From positions 11,495,973-11,559,972 of the forward strand of contig NC_068990.1 in NCBI RefSeq assembly GCF_001194135.2: a stretch of DNA of 64,000 bases. Direction: 5' to 3'. Positions 52,478-64,000 of the stretch are shown in pieces. Under the pieces are notes generated by a model. That model did not search any database. It saw nothing but the letters and a program-made list of their open reading frames with translations, and was not told the DNA's origin. Source of the stretch: Octopus bimaculoides (taxonomy: Eukaryota). The position numbers were made by a program, and so were the translations under genes. How positions within the stretch are numbered: position 1 is the first letter of the stretch; each line of letters opens with the position of its first letter.

Positions 52478-53292
52478 ACTCCAGGCACAAGAACTGAAAT
52501 TTTTGGAGAGTGGCTAGTCAATTAGATAAACCCCAGTACACAACTGGTACTTAACTTATCGACCCAGAAAGGATGAACGGCAAAGTCAACCTCGGTGGAA
52601 TTTGAACTCAGAATGTGAAGACAGACGAAATACCACTGAGTATCTTGCCCGATGTGCTAACATTTCTGCCTGCTCACTGCTGGCAACATTCTGAGTTCAA
52701 ATTCCACTGAGGTGGGCTTTGCCTTTCATCCTTTCAGGGTCGATAAATTAAGTACCAGTGATGCACTGGGGTCGATGTAATCGACTTAATCCCTTTGTCT
52801 GTCCTTGTTTGTCCCCTCTATGTTTAGCCCCTTGTGGGCAATAAAGAAATAAGATATTCTTTTCCATTCTAGACATAAGGCCTGAAAATTTTGGGGGAGG
52901 GGACCAGTCAATTAGATCGATCCCAGTATGCAACTAATACTTTATTTATTGACCCCCAAAAAGATGAAAGGCAAAGTCGACCTCAGCGAAATTTGAACTC
53001 AGAATGTAAAGACAGACAAAATACCACTAAGCATTTTGGCCAGCATGCTAACATTTCTTATTTCTTTACTGCCCATGAGGAGCTACACACAGAGGGGACA
53101 AACAAAGACAGACATACGGATTAAGTCGATTATATCGAACCCAGTGCATAACTGGTACTTATTTAATCGACCCTGAAAGGACGAAAGGCAAAATCGACCT
53201 CGACGGAATTTGAACTCTGAATGTAAAGACAGACAAAATACAGCTAAGCATTTCACCCGGCATGCTAACATTTCTGCCAGCTCGCCGCCTTC
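52478..53292. mobile_element. Cluster of four SINE family B copies (minus, plus, minus, minus)
   Basis: Repeated B blocks in both orientations. Confidence 0.9.
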
Positions 53293-54154
53293 CTATTTTA
53301 AAAATACTAAAGACTCGTTAATTAATTAGCTTTAGTTTAGGTACAATACAGCAATTTTGAAGGTAGAGGATAAGTGGTTGCCGCTGAATCTGTACTTTAC
53401 TGACATTTTATTTCATAAACTTAAGAAGAAAGAAAAATAAAGTTGACCCGTTATAAGAAGTAAATTCAAAATATAAAATATTAAAGTAAATACCACCAGG
53501 CACTGTGTTCGACATGCTAATGATTCTGCCAGATCCCTACCTACAAGATTCATTAAATAGTGCAATCTTAGATATCCTTAAAAAAAACGATTGTTAAGGC
53601 TTGAATTCTATTGATGCTAGGCCTATTCTCTCACATTGATACAGCGCTAGACAACATAACCTATTGCACCTCTCACTAATATTGTGAAGTACATATAATG
53701 TAAGAGACATCCATTAAACTGCTGAAGAGTATTATAATTTGACCATGCCAAATAACATAGCTCAATGAGATGCTGAAGTCATTTTAGTGCACCACTTTCA
53801 CCACATAATTTCTGATCAAGTGCATTCTATCTCAAGTGATTGGGTGTGAATTCAACTACAGCAAATGGTACAACAAAGGCAATTTGTTCTGATTAGCTAG
53901 AGACACCTCATAACTAAAGGTAACAGGTGTGTCCAAGATCAAGGTATTGTAATGGTTCAATAAAGAATTTTGTATCAGAGTGAGTGATGTAACTAGATGA
54001 AGCGAAATAAGCAGCATTCAAAGAGCTGTAGAATCTTCTGATGCCATGTGCATCGGGTCCATTACGAAGTTTGTGTGTACTCCTTAACTATAGCATCTTT
54101 CATACGGTTTTGCCTTTTAAAAATGTGTTTAAAGCAAGCAGCTTACAGTCCTGA

Positions 54155-54500
54155 AACATACATACATACATACACACATACACACACATATACACACATC
54201 CTTACATACACACATACACATACATACCCATACATATGTACACACGTACATAAATACATACACACATGCATACATACACACACACAGATACACGTACATA
54301 CATACACACATACATATATACATGCACACATTCATGCTCACACATATGTACACACACATACATGCATACATGCATACACACATACATGCATACAGACATA
54401 CACACACACACAAATGGACACATACATGCATACATACATACATACACACATACATACACACACACATACTCACACATACACACACACACACACACATCAC
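54155..54500. repeat. Degenerate (CATA/CA)n microsatellite field
   Basis: Directly visible. Confidence 0.9.
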
Positions 54501-54510
54501 ATGTGTATGC

Positions 54511-54737
54511 CTTTTACTTGTTTCAGTCATTAGATTGTGGCCATGCTGTGGCATCGAATCATATTTTGTATTTATCTTTTTAAAGCCTGGCACTTATTCT
54601 ATAAGTGTCTTGTCCCATACCGCTAAGTTATGGGGGCATAAACAAACCTACACTGGTTGTCAAGCTATGTTAGAGGATGACCACAGACACAAGCACACAT
54701 ACACGCACTCCCACACACATATATGTATATATATACA

Positions 54738-54802
<65 letters not shown>

Positions 54803-54953
54803 GTGGGCTTCTTTCAGTTTCCATCTTCCAAATTCACTCACTAAGCTTTGGTCAGCCTGAGGTTTTAGTAGAAACCACTTGCACAACTTGCCAAGCTGTG
54901 GGACTGAACCCAGAAACATACGGTTCAGAAGCAAACTTCTTACCACACAACCT
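54511..54953 (-). mobile_element. SINE family A, degenerate full-length
   Basis: A blocks with expanded central (TA)n. Confidence 0.85.
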
Positions 54954-55751
54954 CATGAATAGAAACAGATAAGCAACAGTGACATTCCAGATGTGGAAAC
55001 AATTCTCTATTGCAGTCTTCACTCAGTCTTTGTAACAGACGTTACTGATTCCTAACATTTCGAGTGCGCATGTCGTCCTCAGTTGTGTACCTCTCGCGTT
55101 AAAGAAGTTTGTGATGTGATGATGTTCTCTTGTATGCAGAGTGCCGTTGATATATTTCCACGATATGAGAAGTATTTCTGATACTTTGCTGATACGAGGA
55201 TTGTTAATGATGTTGATCTAAGTAGTGCTGTTCTCTTGATGTAAATTTGATAAACATGTCTGGAATGTTTAACTAGAAAAGCAAAAAGGTATTACACCGC
55301 TGCGAATATCTCATCGCTACATTCACAAAAAAAAAAAACACCTCCTAAAACCTGAACATCTGATACAAAATCTAAATTGAAAATCCAAATATCTTATATG
55401 TTGTGTGTGTGGTACAAACTGTTTTGTTTTTAAAGAGGATATGATGTTTCTCAATAATATATTGATACAAACACATGAAAAATATACCACAAACAAGTAA
55501 ATATAAAAATACAAATACTTGTTTTAGTATGACTGCTTTGATTTATAATCATTTCCATATATTATATTTACTTTAATACTTGTATCTTTCTTTGTACAGA
55601 ATAATCATATGGTTTACATTATATATTACAGCACTAAATTTGAAGCAACTTAGTATTTCATTCAGATTTACTGAATTATTTTGTAGACTGTGCACAAAAA
55701 TATAATCTCATTTCGCTAGGAAACATTAATATTATTATATCTTTAAATGTG

Positions 55752-56175
55752 GTGAGATGGTAGAATTGCTAAAACGTCAGAAAATGTGCATTGTGGCATT
55801 TCTCCCAGCTCTTTACATTCTAACCTCAAATTCCGCTGAAGTCAACTCTGCTTTTCACCCTTTCTGAGTTGATAAAAAGTTCCAGTCTAGTATAGGAAGG
55901 AAGTGAGGGGCAATGTAATCCTAGATTTGCTGGCCTTGTGCCCATATTCGAGACCCCTAAGCTGGGAGCTGGTAGGATCATTAACATGCGAGACTAAATG
56001 ATTGGTGACATTTCATCCAGCTTTTTGCATCCTGAGATCAAGACCTGCTGAGGTCAACTTCACCATTCATCCTTTCAGAGTCTATCAAATAAAGTTCCAG
56101 GTGTTAATGTAGTCAATTTGCCCCCTCCTCTCAAAATTCTTAGCCTTGTGCCAAAATCAGAAAGAATATTATTTT
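55752..56175 (+). mobile_element. Two degenerate SINE family B copies
   Basis: caaattccgctgaagtcaactctgcttttcaccctttc and ctgctgaggtcaacttcaccattcatcctttc. Confidence 0.7.
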
Positions 56176-56213
56176 ATACATATATCAATGTTTATAAATG
56201 TCTTTCTAATTTA

Positions 56214-56334
56214 TACAGGGTGTCCACAAAGTCTGAGTACATGGAGATTAACATGGAGGTTATTATTTCTTATGATGCATTGTTTGTTATGATTTTATTT
56301 ACTCCATGTACCAAGACTTTGTGGACACAATGTA
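56214..56334. mobile_element. Tc1/mariner-type MITE (about 120 bp)
   Basis: TA-cagggtgtccacaaagtctgagtacatggag ... ctccatgtaccaagactttgtggacacaatg-TA. Confidence 0.85.
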
Positions 56335-57917
56335 TATAGCAGGTTAAGTGATCAGTGACATAAACAAATTCATAGTATCTAAAGGAATCTAAGAACAACA
56401 GCAATAATGAATAAGTATGTGTGTATAAATATATGTAAAGGTGATGGCTTAGTGGTTAGAATGTTACATTCATGGTTGCTAGCTTGCGGGTTTGATTCCC
56501 AGACTGGGTGATACATTGTATTCTTAAGGGAAAGCTCTTCATTTTACATTGCCCTACGAGTAGGAGAGTGGCAGAATCATTGAAGTATTGGTAGAAATTC
56601 TCTACAGTATAGTTTCTGACTTTCTACATTGTGAGTTCAAATCTCACTTGCCCAGAAAAGGCAGTGGGAACCACACCAGTATTCATCCCAAGTTTAATCA
56701 TGGTAGCCGAAAGTCTAGTAATCTACGTCACAGTGGCAGTGGAGGCTACAGGCTCTCCCCTATTTTATAGGGAGTGCTGGAGAAGGTTCACATGCACAAG
56801 ACCTACCTAAGGACAGACTATCGCTAGACTGTATATATATATTAACTTTTGCTCTCCAAATCAATGTCCCTCATGGCCTTAAATCTCCATCTCTTTTCAT
56901 TTAAACCCTTATCCACATACATTTGCACAACATCTCCTACTTTCTTTCTACCCCTTAAGTCTCTATGTCCCATGCACTTACCCTACACCATTTAACCATG
57001 CATGCTATTTTCGTTCAAACTGCATATAATCCACTTACACACAATCGTGTGCACATACAATACTTCTTCTTACTCCATTCACGTTAGCACCCACTCTTCT
57101 TTTTACCTATTCCGCACACACACACACACACACAACAGCACCTACACTTCCATATCTATCCTTACATGTACAGCAAAAAGTATAGAATCACACACTCACA
57201 CTTCCTAACATCTATCACTTTCCTCACCTTTATTGCACCCAGAACCTCTTCCCAAACTGATACACCGAACACCATCCTTCAGCACACACATACGTCAGAT
57301 AGCCTTTTAAATGCATACGAACGCCCTAACACTCTTACACACACAAGCACACAGTATACACACACACATCAACTTCATACACTTTGTCCAACAGACACAT
57401 ACATATACCAACTGAAAACAGAGCATGCACACTCGCTCGCTCATGCATAAACACACCACAATGCACACACATGAATGCAAACAATATACAACACCCAATA
57501 GCATTATACACATATGTGTACCAACATTATGATGGATCTCCCAGCCCCCAGAAACAGCTGTTGGACTGGCAACACCTTATTTTCCTTCCTTTAATTCTCT
57601 CTGTTCTTATTCTGCGTAAGTTTGATCTCTTAATACATAAACATCTATGTATTTATACTTACAAATTCATCATCCGAAAATTCTTCAGTCTTTGCTTTCT
57701 TACTGTTTGCCAGTATACATATATGAGGTCTGAGCAATAGGTATCCGGGCTGCTGCCTTAGTAACGAAGCTAAAACACGCAGAGTAAAACTACTTATCAA
57801 AAATTGACCTTGAACTCTGCTGTGCATGCGCCCTAAGTTTTAACATTCTAGCTTGCTTCCGCTGTTTGCAGCAGTGCTTGGAAAGAACGTGTGTAGCGTG
57901 TGATCATCGCATAGACT

Positions 57918-58336
57918 ATGACAGAGAAAGTTGTCATGATGATACTTACTCAGAGCCCTACACAGAGATGCAGAAAGAGTATGGAGAGGAGTGCATGAGT
58001 AGCACACAAGTGTACGAGTGGTTCAGACGTTTCCAAGATGACCGAAAAAATGTCGATATTTACGAACGTTCTGGGAGATCCGCAACCAGCAGAACTGAGA
58101 AAAACATCGCAGATGTGGGTGTAGCTGTGAGAGGAAATCGTCGAATCACCATCCGTGAGTTATGAGAAGATATGCAGATTACTTACAATTCAGTTCAGTC
58201 CATTATCACTGAAGATTTGGGTATGAGACGCGTGTCTGCCAAGTTTGTGCCAAAACTGTTTTCAGCTGACCAAAATGACACTCGGGTTTCAGTTGCACAA
58301 GATCTTCTTGATTGTGCCGAGAACGATGAAAACTTT
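57918..58336 (+). pseudogene. Mariner transposase N-terminal (HTH) fragment
   Basis: MTEK.../YGEECMSSTQVYEWFRRFQDDRKNV...ERSGRSATSRT...NRRITIREL*...ITEDLGMRRVSAKFVPKL...ENDENF. Confidence 0.9.
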
Positions 58337-58413
58337 GCGTAGACCTCTGAGCAGTTATCGCCAAGCTTTTGACAAAATTTGATGCACATTTTCAGCTCAG
58401 CTTTCTCTGTCAT
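58337..58413 (-). pseudogene. Second mariner transposase N-terminus on the opposite strand
   Basis: MTEKAELKMCIKFCQKLGDNCSEVYA. Confidence 0.85.
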
Positions 58414-58667
58414 GTTCAAAGCGACGATCACACGCTACACACCTTCCTTCTAAGCACTGCTGTAAACATCAGGTCTGAGCTAGAATGTTAGAACTTAGTG
58501 CGCATGCACAACAGAGTTCAAAGTCAGTCTTTGCCAAGTGGCTTTACTCTGCATACTTTAGCTTTGTCACTATGGCAACAGTCCGGATACTTATTGATCA
58601 GACCTGGTATATGCATTTTGTATATCATGCCCAAGCTGTTATATTTAAGTTCTTTATCCACATAATT

Positions 58668-58968
58668 GTGGAGTCGCAATGGCACAGTGGTTAGTGCAGC
58701 GGACTCGTGGTCGGAGGATCGCGGTTTCGATTCCCAGACCGGGCGTTGTGTGTGTTTATTGAGCGAAAACACCTAAAGCTCCACGAGGCTCCGGCAGGGG
58801 GTAGTGGCGACCTCTGTTGTACTCTTTCTCTCACTCTTTCTTCCTGTTTCTTGAGTAACGCAGTGATGGACTGGCGTCCCATACGCCATAGAAACCGGGA
58901 AACCGGCCCCCATGAGCCTAGATAGGCTTTAAAAGGGCGCATAAGAAAAAAATAAAATAAATAAATAA
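58668..58968 (+). mobile_element. SINE family C (V-SINE-like), well preserved
   Basis: A-box-like tggcacagtgg, B-box-like ggtttcgattccc, gatggactggcgtcc, A-rich tail; many CpGs retained. Confidence 0.92.
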
Positions 58969-59189
58969 TCCACCTAGTTGCCTACACACACGTGTATACA
59001 CATGCACATATGTTCGATAACCTTTAGCACATACATAAACAGGAAATAAAAACACAAACACATTCTAAACGCACATAGCATACACTAATACTATAGTTTC
59101 ATACGCATGCGTGCTTTCACACATACACACATATATATGATAACCTCACACACACATATATGTCTGGTAGCCTGATACACAGACGTGCA

Positions 59190-59600
59190 TGCCAGGTCAC
59201 TGTTATCTGCCTTACCATCCGCACCTCAATCCAACATTTTCCTCTTCTGGTCATTTTAACATATCTTGACTATTTAATTCAGACATTTTTTTCTCTTGTT
59301 TTTCCCTCGTCACCTATCTTTTCAGTAAAAGAGTGCATGCTTGAAACGTTGAAGACTTCTTCTATTTTTACTCAGCGTTAACTAATACACTCTCTGTGTT
59401 TTTCTTTTATCCCGTCCTTGTGGTTCTTGTATTTTGGGGCCGTGTGCGTATATAATGTTGAAATCTACAGAAAAACAAGAGACGAAGACAGGTGCATGAA
59501 CAACAAACATGTGAATTAGTTTTACGCTTGAGAAAGTGAAAAAGTATTTTACGTTTCGAGTCTACGCTCTTCAACAGAGAGAATTAGGTGAAAATAAGTG
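59190..59600. mobile_element. Two convergent family H-B terminal-repeat copies with decayed hammerhead-like motifs (59318-59355 plus; 59546-59581 minus)
   Basis: Plus: CAGUAAA-A-GAGU-GCAU-GCUU-GAAAC-GUU; minus: CUGUUGA-A-GAGC-GUAG-ACUC-GAAAC-GUA; shared tails point toward each other. Confidence 0.6.
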
Positions 59601-59705
59601 GAGAAGAAATAAAATTTAAAAAAACTTGTAGATTTCAGCGCTCCAACATACGCACACACACATGTACGAATACACACACGCACGGGTGCACACACACGCA
59701 CGGGT

Positions 59706-59748
<43 letters not shown>

Positions 59749-60567
59749 CACACGTCATATTAATAGCTTTATATCTTTACAGTAAGGAATCCGCTACACT
59801 AAAGTGATAGGTTCAAAGTTATAAAACAAGCAAAAAGAATAATGATTATAGTAATAAATGCAAAGGATAGCGAAAGGAAGTAGGGGCGATAATACTTGGT
59901 CTGCTTTATACAGAATGTGTTAGTGGGAAAAAGATGCTGACTTTCACTGACAATAGCAAAAGGAACGAAAAGAACCTCAATGAATCAACAAAGAGATGCC
60001 TAATCTTGCACATACACACACAGGTTATATTTACATTCATACATACATGCGCACTTACAGACATGTACACACTTACAGACATGCGCGCACATATACACGC
60101 TGAGAACTATAGTAGTTTGTCTTGCTGAAGAGGTTTGTAGGTTGTTAGGTAATGGGGCGATAATGGATAATGTAAGCACTGACTGTTAAAAACCGACGCC
60201 AAAGATTTTATTTATTTATCTTAATTGGAGTGAAATTTAAAAACAAAAATCAGTGCTTTAGCGCATGCGCCGTAATGCAAGCAATTATTGTTTGCTAGAC
60301 ATAATTTTCGTAAATTTCAACATTCAAAAATTTACTGTTACTTTTCTATTATCTATAATAATATTTTGTTATAACCATGAAATGAGCTGGACGACATAAT
60401 CTATTATACATACACCGTTTATAATATCCGCGAGACAACTGACCAATAACAATGGGAAAATATCTATTATAGATACAGAACATACAATGTATTAATAATT
60501 AAAACTTTTCACTGCGAATTAAATATTTTAAATTAACTGATATATATATATATATGTGTGTGTGTGC

Positions 60568-60619
<52 letters not shown>

Positions 60620-60621
60620 TT

Positions 60622-60996
60622 GCAGGAGTGGCNNNNNNNNNNAGTAACTTGATTACCAAACACATGGTCCCGGGTTCAGTCCCGCTGCATGGCACATTGG
60701 GCTGGTGTCTTCTAAAGGCTAGGGCCGACCAAAGCCTTGTGAGTAGATTTGGGAGATGGAAACTGAAAGAAGCCCGTCGTATACATGTATGTATATGTGT
60801 GTATGTGTGTGCGTGTGTGTGTGTTGCCCCACCCCCACCCGATGCAGGTCCCAGTCAACTAGCGGTTCGGCAAAAAAACGATAAAATAAGTACTAGGCTT
60901 ACAAATAATAAGTATAAGTCCTGGGGTCAGTTTGTTCGACTAAAGGCGGTACTCCAGCTTGGCCGCAGTCAAATGACTGAAACACGTAAAAGAATA
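60622..60996 (+). mobile_element. SINE family A, full-length (10-N gap in head)
   Basis: gcaggagtggc...gggttcagtccc...gcagtcaaatgactgaaac. Confidence 0.9.
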
Positions 60997-61887
60997 TATA
61001 NNNNNNNNNNNNNNNNNNNNNNNNNNNNNNNNNNNNNNNNNNNNNNNNNNNNNNNNNNNNNNNNNNNNNNNNNNNNNNNNNNNNNNNNNNNNNNNNNNNN
61101 NNNNNNNNNNNNNNNNNNNNNNNNNNNNNNNNNNNNNNNNNNNNNNNNNNNNNNNNNNNNNNNNNNNNNNNNNNNNNNNNNNNNNNNNNNNNNNNNNNNN
61201 NNNNNNNNNNNNNNNNNNNNNNNNNNNNNNNNNNNNNNNNNNNNNNNNNNNNNNNNNNNNNNNNNNNNNNNNNNNNNNNNNNNNNNNNNNNNNNNNNNNN
61301 NNNNNNNNNNNNNNNNNNNNNNNNNNNNNNNNNNNNNNNNNNNNNNNNNNNNNNNNNNNNNNNNNNNNNNNNNNNNNNNNNNNNNNNNNNNNNNNNNNNN
61401 NNNNNNNNNNNNNNNNNNNNNNNNNNNNNNNNNNNNNNNNNNNNNNNNNNNNNNNNNNNNNNNNNNNNNNNNNNNNNNNNNNNNNNNNNNNNNNNNNNNN
61501 NNNNNNNNNNNNNNNNNNNNNNNNNNNNNNNNNNNNNNNNNNNNNNNNNNNNNNNNNNNNNNNNNNNNNNNNNNNNNNNNNNNNNNNNNNNNNNNNNNNN
61601 NNNNNNNNNNNNNNNNNNNNNNNNNNNNNNNNNNNNNNNNNNNNNNNNNNNNNNNNNNNNNNNNNNNNNNNNNNNNNNNNNNNNNNNNNNNNNNNNNNNN
61701 NNNNNNNNNNNNNNNNNNNNNNNNNNNNNNNNNNNNNNNNNNNNNNNNNNNNNNNNNNNTTATCTACAGCACAGTGAATCAGATAACGTTTTTCTTGGCT
61801 CAAGTCTACCCATACCCAATATACTTTTATATGAAAATAAAGATGCACAGCTAAGAATTAAGATTCCTTTAAGAGTTACCAGTATAG

Positions 61888-62195
61888 TTATGGTCGGTAA
61901 GTAGCTTGCTTACCAACCACATGGTTCCGTGTTCAGTCTCACAGCGTGGCACCTTGGGCAAATATCTTCCACTATAGCCTCGGGCCAACCAAAGCCTTGT
62001 GAGTGGATTTGGTCGACGGAAACTGAGAGAAGCCTGTTGTATATGTATATATATATATATGTCGTGTATATGTATATATGTGTGTATGTGTGTGTGTCTG
62101 TGTACGAAGACTAAGTCCTGGGGTCGATTTGTTCAACTAAAAAGGCGGTGCTCCAGCATGGCCGCTGTCAAATGACTGAAACAAATAAAAGAATA
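61888..62195 (+). mobile_element. SINE family A with 3' internal deletion
   Basis: Head and tail blocks present. Confidence 0.88.
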
Positions 62196-62385
62196 AATAT
62201 ATGCGCGTGTGTGCTTGTGTGTATGTATGTATGTATGTACGTACGTATGTATGTATAGGTTGTCTTCGATTTCTTTCTATAATTAACAGAATTCTTTGAA
62301 CAATTTTTAAATAAAAAAATTTCTTTCCACTGTTTACAGTGAGATCTGAAACGGTTATTTGTATATTTATTTTTTTAATTCCTTG

Positions 62386-62896
62386 AGGCAGCTTCGAACG
62401 CAAAATACACTGGGTGCTGTTGTGTACGTCATACAACAACGTCTCTCCTTTACGATGAAAGTATGCTCATAATATACTCGACTCACTGGCGTCCGAGTAT
62501 CTGAGACACCGGTGTTTCAGCATGTAATCTCTCATCAGCCAAAATCACCCCAATCGAAGCTGCTGGCTTTGATTATACTTCTGGCTATCAAATTGTTTGC
62601 CGATCAGTACATATACCTGCCAACCGATAGAAAAAATATATCATTATTCTCACTGAGTGCAGCAAAGCACCGACTGGCAAACAATTTATTTGCAGAAAGT
62701 ATAAACAAAGCCAGCAGCTTTGTCTAGGTCCAAAGACCCGGACGCTTCCGGCAGACGAGACTCATGCTAGAGCACCAGTGTCCCAGAAGTCCAAGCGTTA
62801 ATAAGTCAATACTTATTGAAAACTCCATCATCGTAATAGTGAGACGTTATTCTATGATATTACAACGATCAATGTATTTTGCATTCGAACCTGCCT
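62386..62896. mobile_element. Fold-back MITE (about 510 bp, imperfect palindrome throughout)
   Basis: ttcgaacgcaaaataca / tgtattttgcattcgaa; aagctgctggctttg / caaagccagcagctt; aattgtttgcc / ggcaaacaatt. Confidence 0.8.
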
Positions 62897-63159
62897 GGAT
62901 ATATTAAGAATAAATATACAAATAATCATTAATATTTAAATAATTTTAATATTATATTGCCAACATTTTCTCAGGAACAGTTGCATACAAGCCTCCCATA
63001 ACGCGTTCGATTACTGAGGCAAAGTTAAGACGTTCGCTTATTGAGGCAAGGTTCAAATAAAAGTTAAGCTTTAAGCTAGTACGAGTAAAACTGGTGCGAG
63101 CATATTTGCAGAGAAGATCCACCCTAAAACTTTATATAAACTACCTATGTGGTACCATA

Positions 63160-63450
63160 TTGTTGTTGTTGGCACTACGTCGCTTACGACGTCGAGGGTT
63201 CCAGTTGGTCCGATCAACGGAACAGCCTACTCGTGAAATTAACGTGCAAGTGGCTGAGCACTCCACAGACACGTGTACCCTTAACGTAGTTCTCGGGAAT
63301 ATTCAGCTTGACACAGTGTGATAAGGCTGACCCTTTGAATTACAGGTACAACAGAAACAGGAAGAAAGAGTGAGAGAAAGCTGTGGTGGAAGAGTACAGC
63401 AGGGTTCGCCACCATCCACTGCCCTAACCACTGGGCCATTGCACCCCCAC
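63160..63450 (-). mobile_element. SINE family C with long tail, internally deleted
   Basis: Near-identical to 43388-43620. Confidence 0.88.
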
Positions 63451-64000
63451 GGTACTATATACTATAGCAAGAATTATGGTTTCAGAAAAAGGAAAGAGAA
63501 CGTCAGATGAAGTCATGTATTTCATGAGGCCTTATAAAACTCCAACAATTTTATTGCTTTCAAAGTAAACACAAAGGTAGAAATTCCCAAAGTACACGAG
63601 TACTGCTAGTATGTGTACGTAGGTATCATACACACACATGCATAATTGTATATATATATTTATATGCAGTCTTATGCATATATAGACACCCACATACTCA
63701 CATGTGCATACAAATACACACACATACATACACGTGTGCGTGTTTGTAAAGCCTAGCCAGATTATATGACAGACAGTTATAAATCCTAGTTGAATATACA
63801 TATATGATTAATATATATTTTCTTTCTAAATCTCTTGGAATTTCAAATTTGGTTTTTATCTATTTATTCAGGTTTGATTTTCATGGCATTCCTATTATTA
63901 TTGTTTTTGTTGTTGACAGCAACAACGTCGACAATAATAATAACAACTACAACACAGTTACCACCATTTTAATGACAAGTTGGTCGAGCATCATAACATT

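Larger units (their letters stand above)
57722..58609. mobile_element. Rearranged mariner made of two head-to-head 5' ends (about 270-bp inverted arms)
   Basis: TIR tatgaggtctgagcaataggtatccgg / ccggatacttattgatcagacctggta; inverted similarity continues through the 5' UTR to atgacagagaaag on both strands. Confidence 0.9.

Noticed and set aside
55040-55090. Minus-strand CUGAGGA...GAAAUGUU hammerhead-like string
   Set aside because: Stem II has a mismatch and no stem I complement is present.
1-64000. CRISPR arrays, rRNA genes or prokaryotic/viral operons
   Set aside because: No regularly spaced repeat-spacer array, rRNA-like sequence or dense intact ORFs seen.

Overview
AT-rich, repeat-saturated eukaryotic DNA with about 2.8 kb of N gaps, most flanked by (TA)n or (CA)n. 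The SINE families, microsatellite density and element mix look like an Octopus (coleoid cephalopod) genome; this is recognition from memory, not a database result. I could not support any intact host protein-coding gene, and almost all supplied ORFs are microsatellite or repeat artefacts. The window holds: (1) dozens of tRNA-derived SINE copies in three families plus RTE-LINE 3' tails; (2) decayed coding relics of mariner/Tc1 transposases, a Penelope-like GIY-YIG endonuclease, a Ty3/Gypsy RT, a non-LTR RT, an APE endonuclease and an RTE RT C-terminus; (3) several MITEs and fold-back elements. Most notable: at least ten minimal hammerhead-ribozyme-like motifs (two heavily decayed) in three distinct Penelope-type terminal-repeat families, one of which consistently has a pyrimidine in place of the conserved A6; a fold-back hammerhead mini-element with a 12-bp TSD; a mariner built from two head-to-head 5' ends; and a 317-bp near-perfect palindrome. 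All alignments, translations and folds were done by eye and repeat boundaries are approximate.
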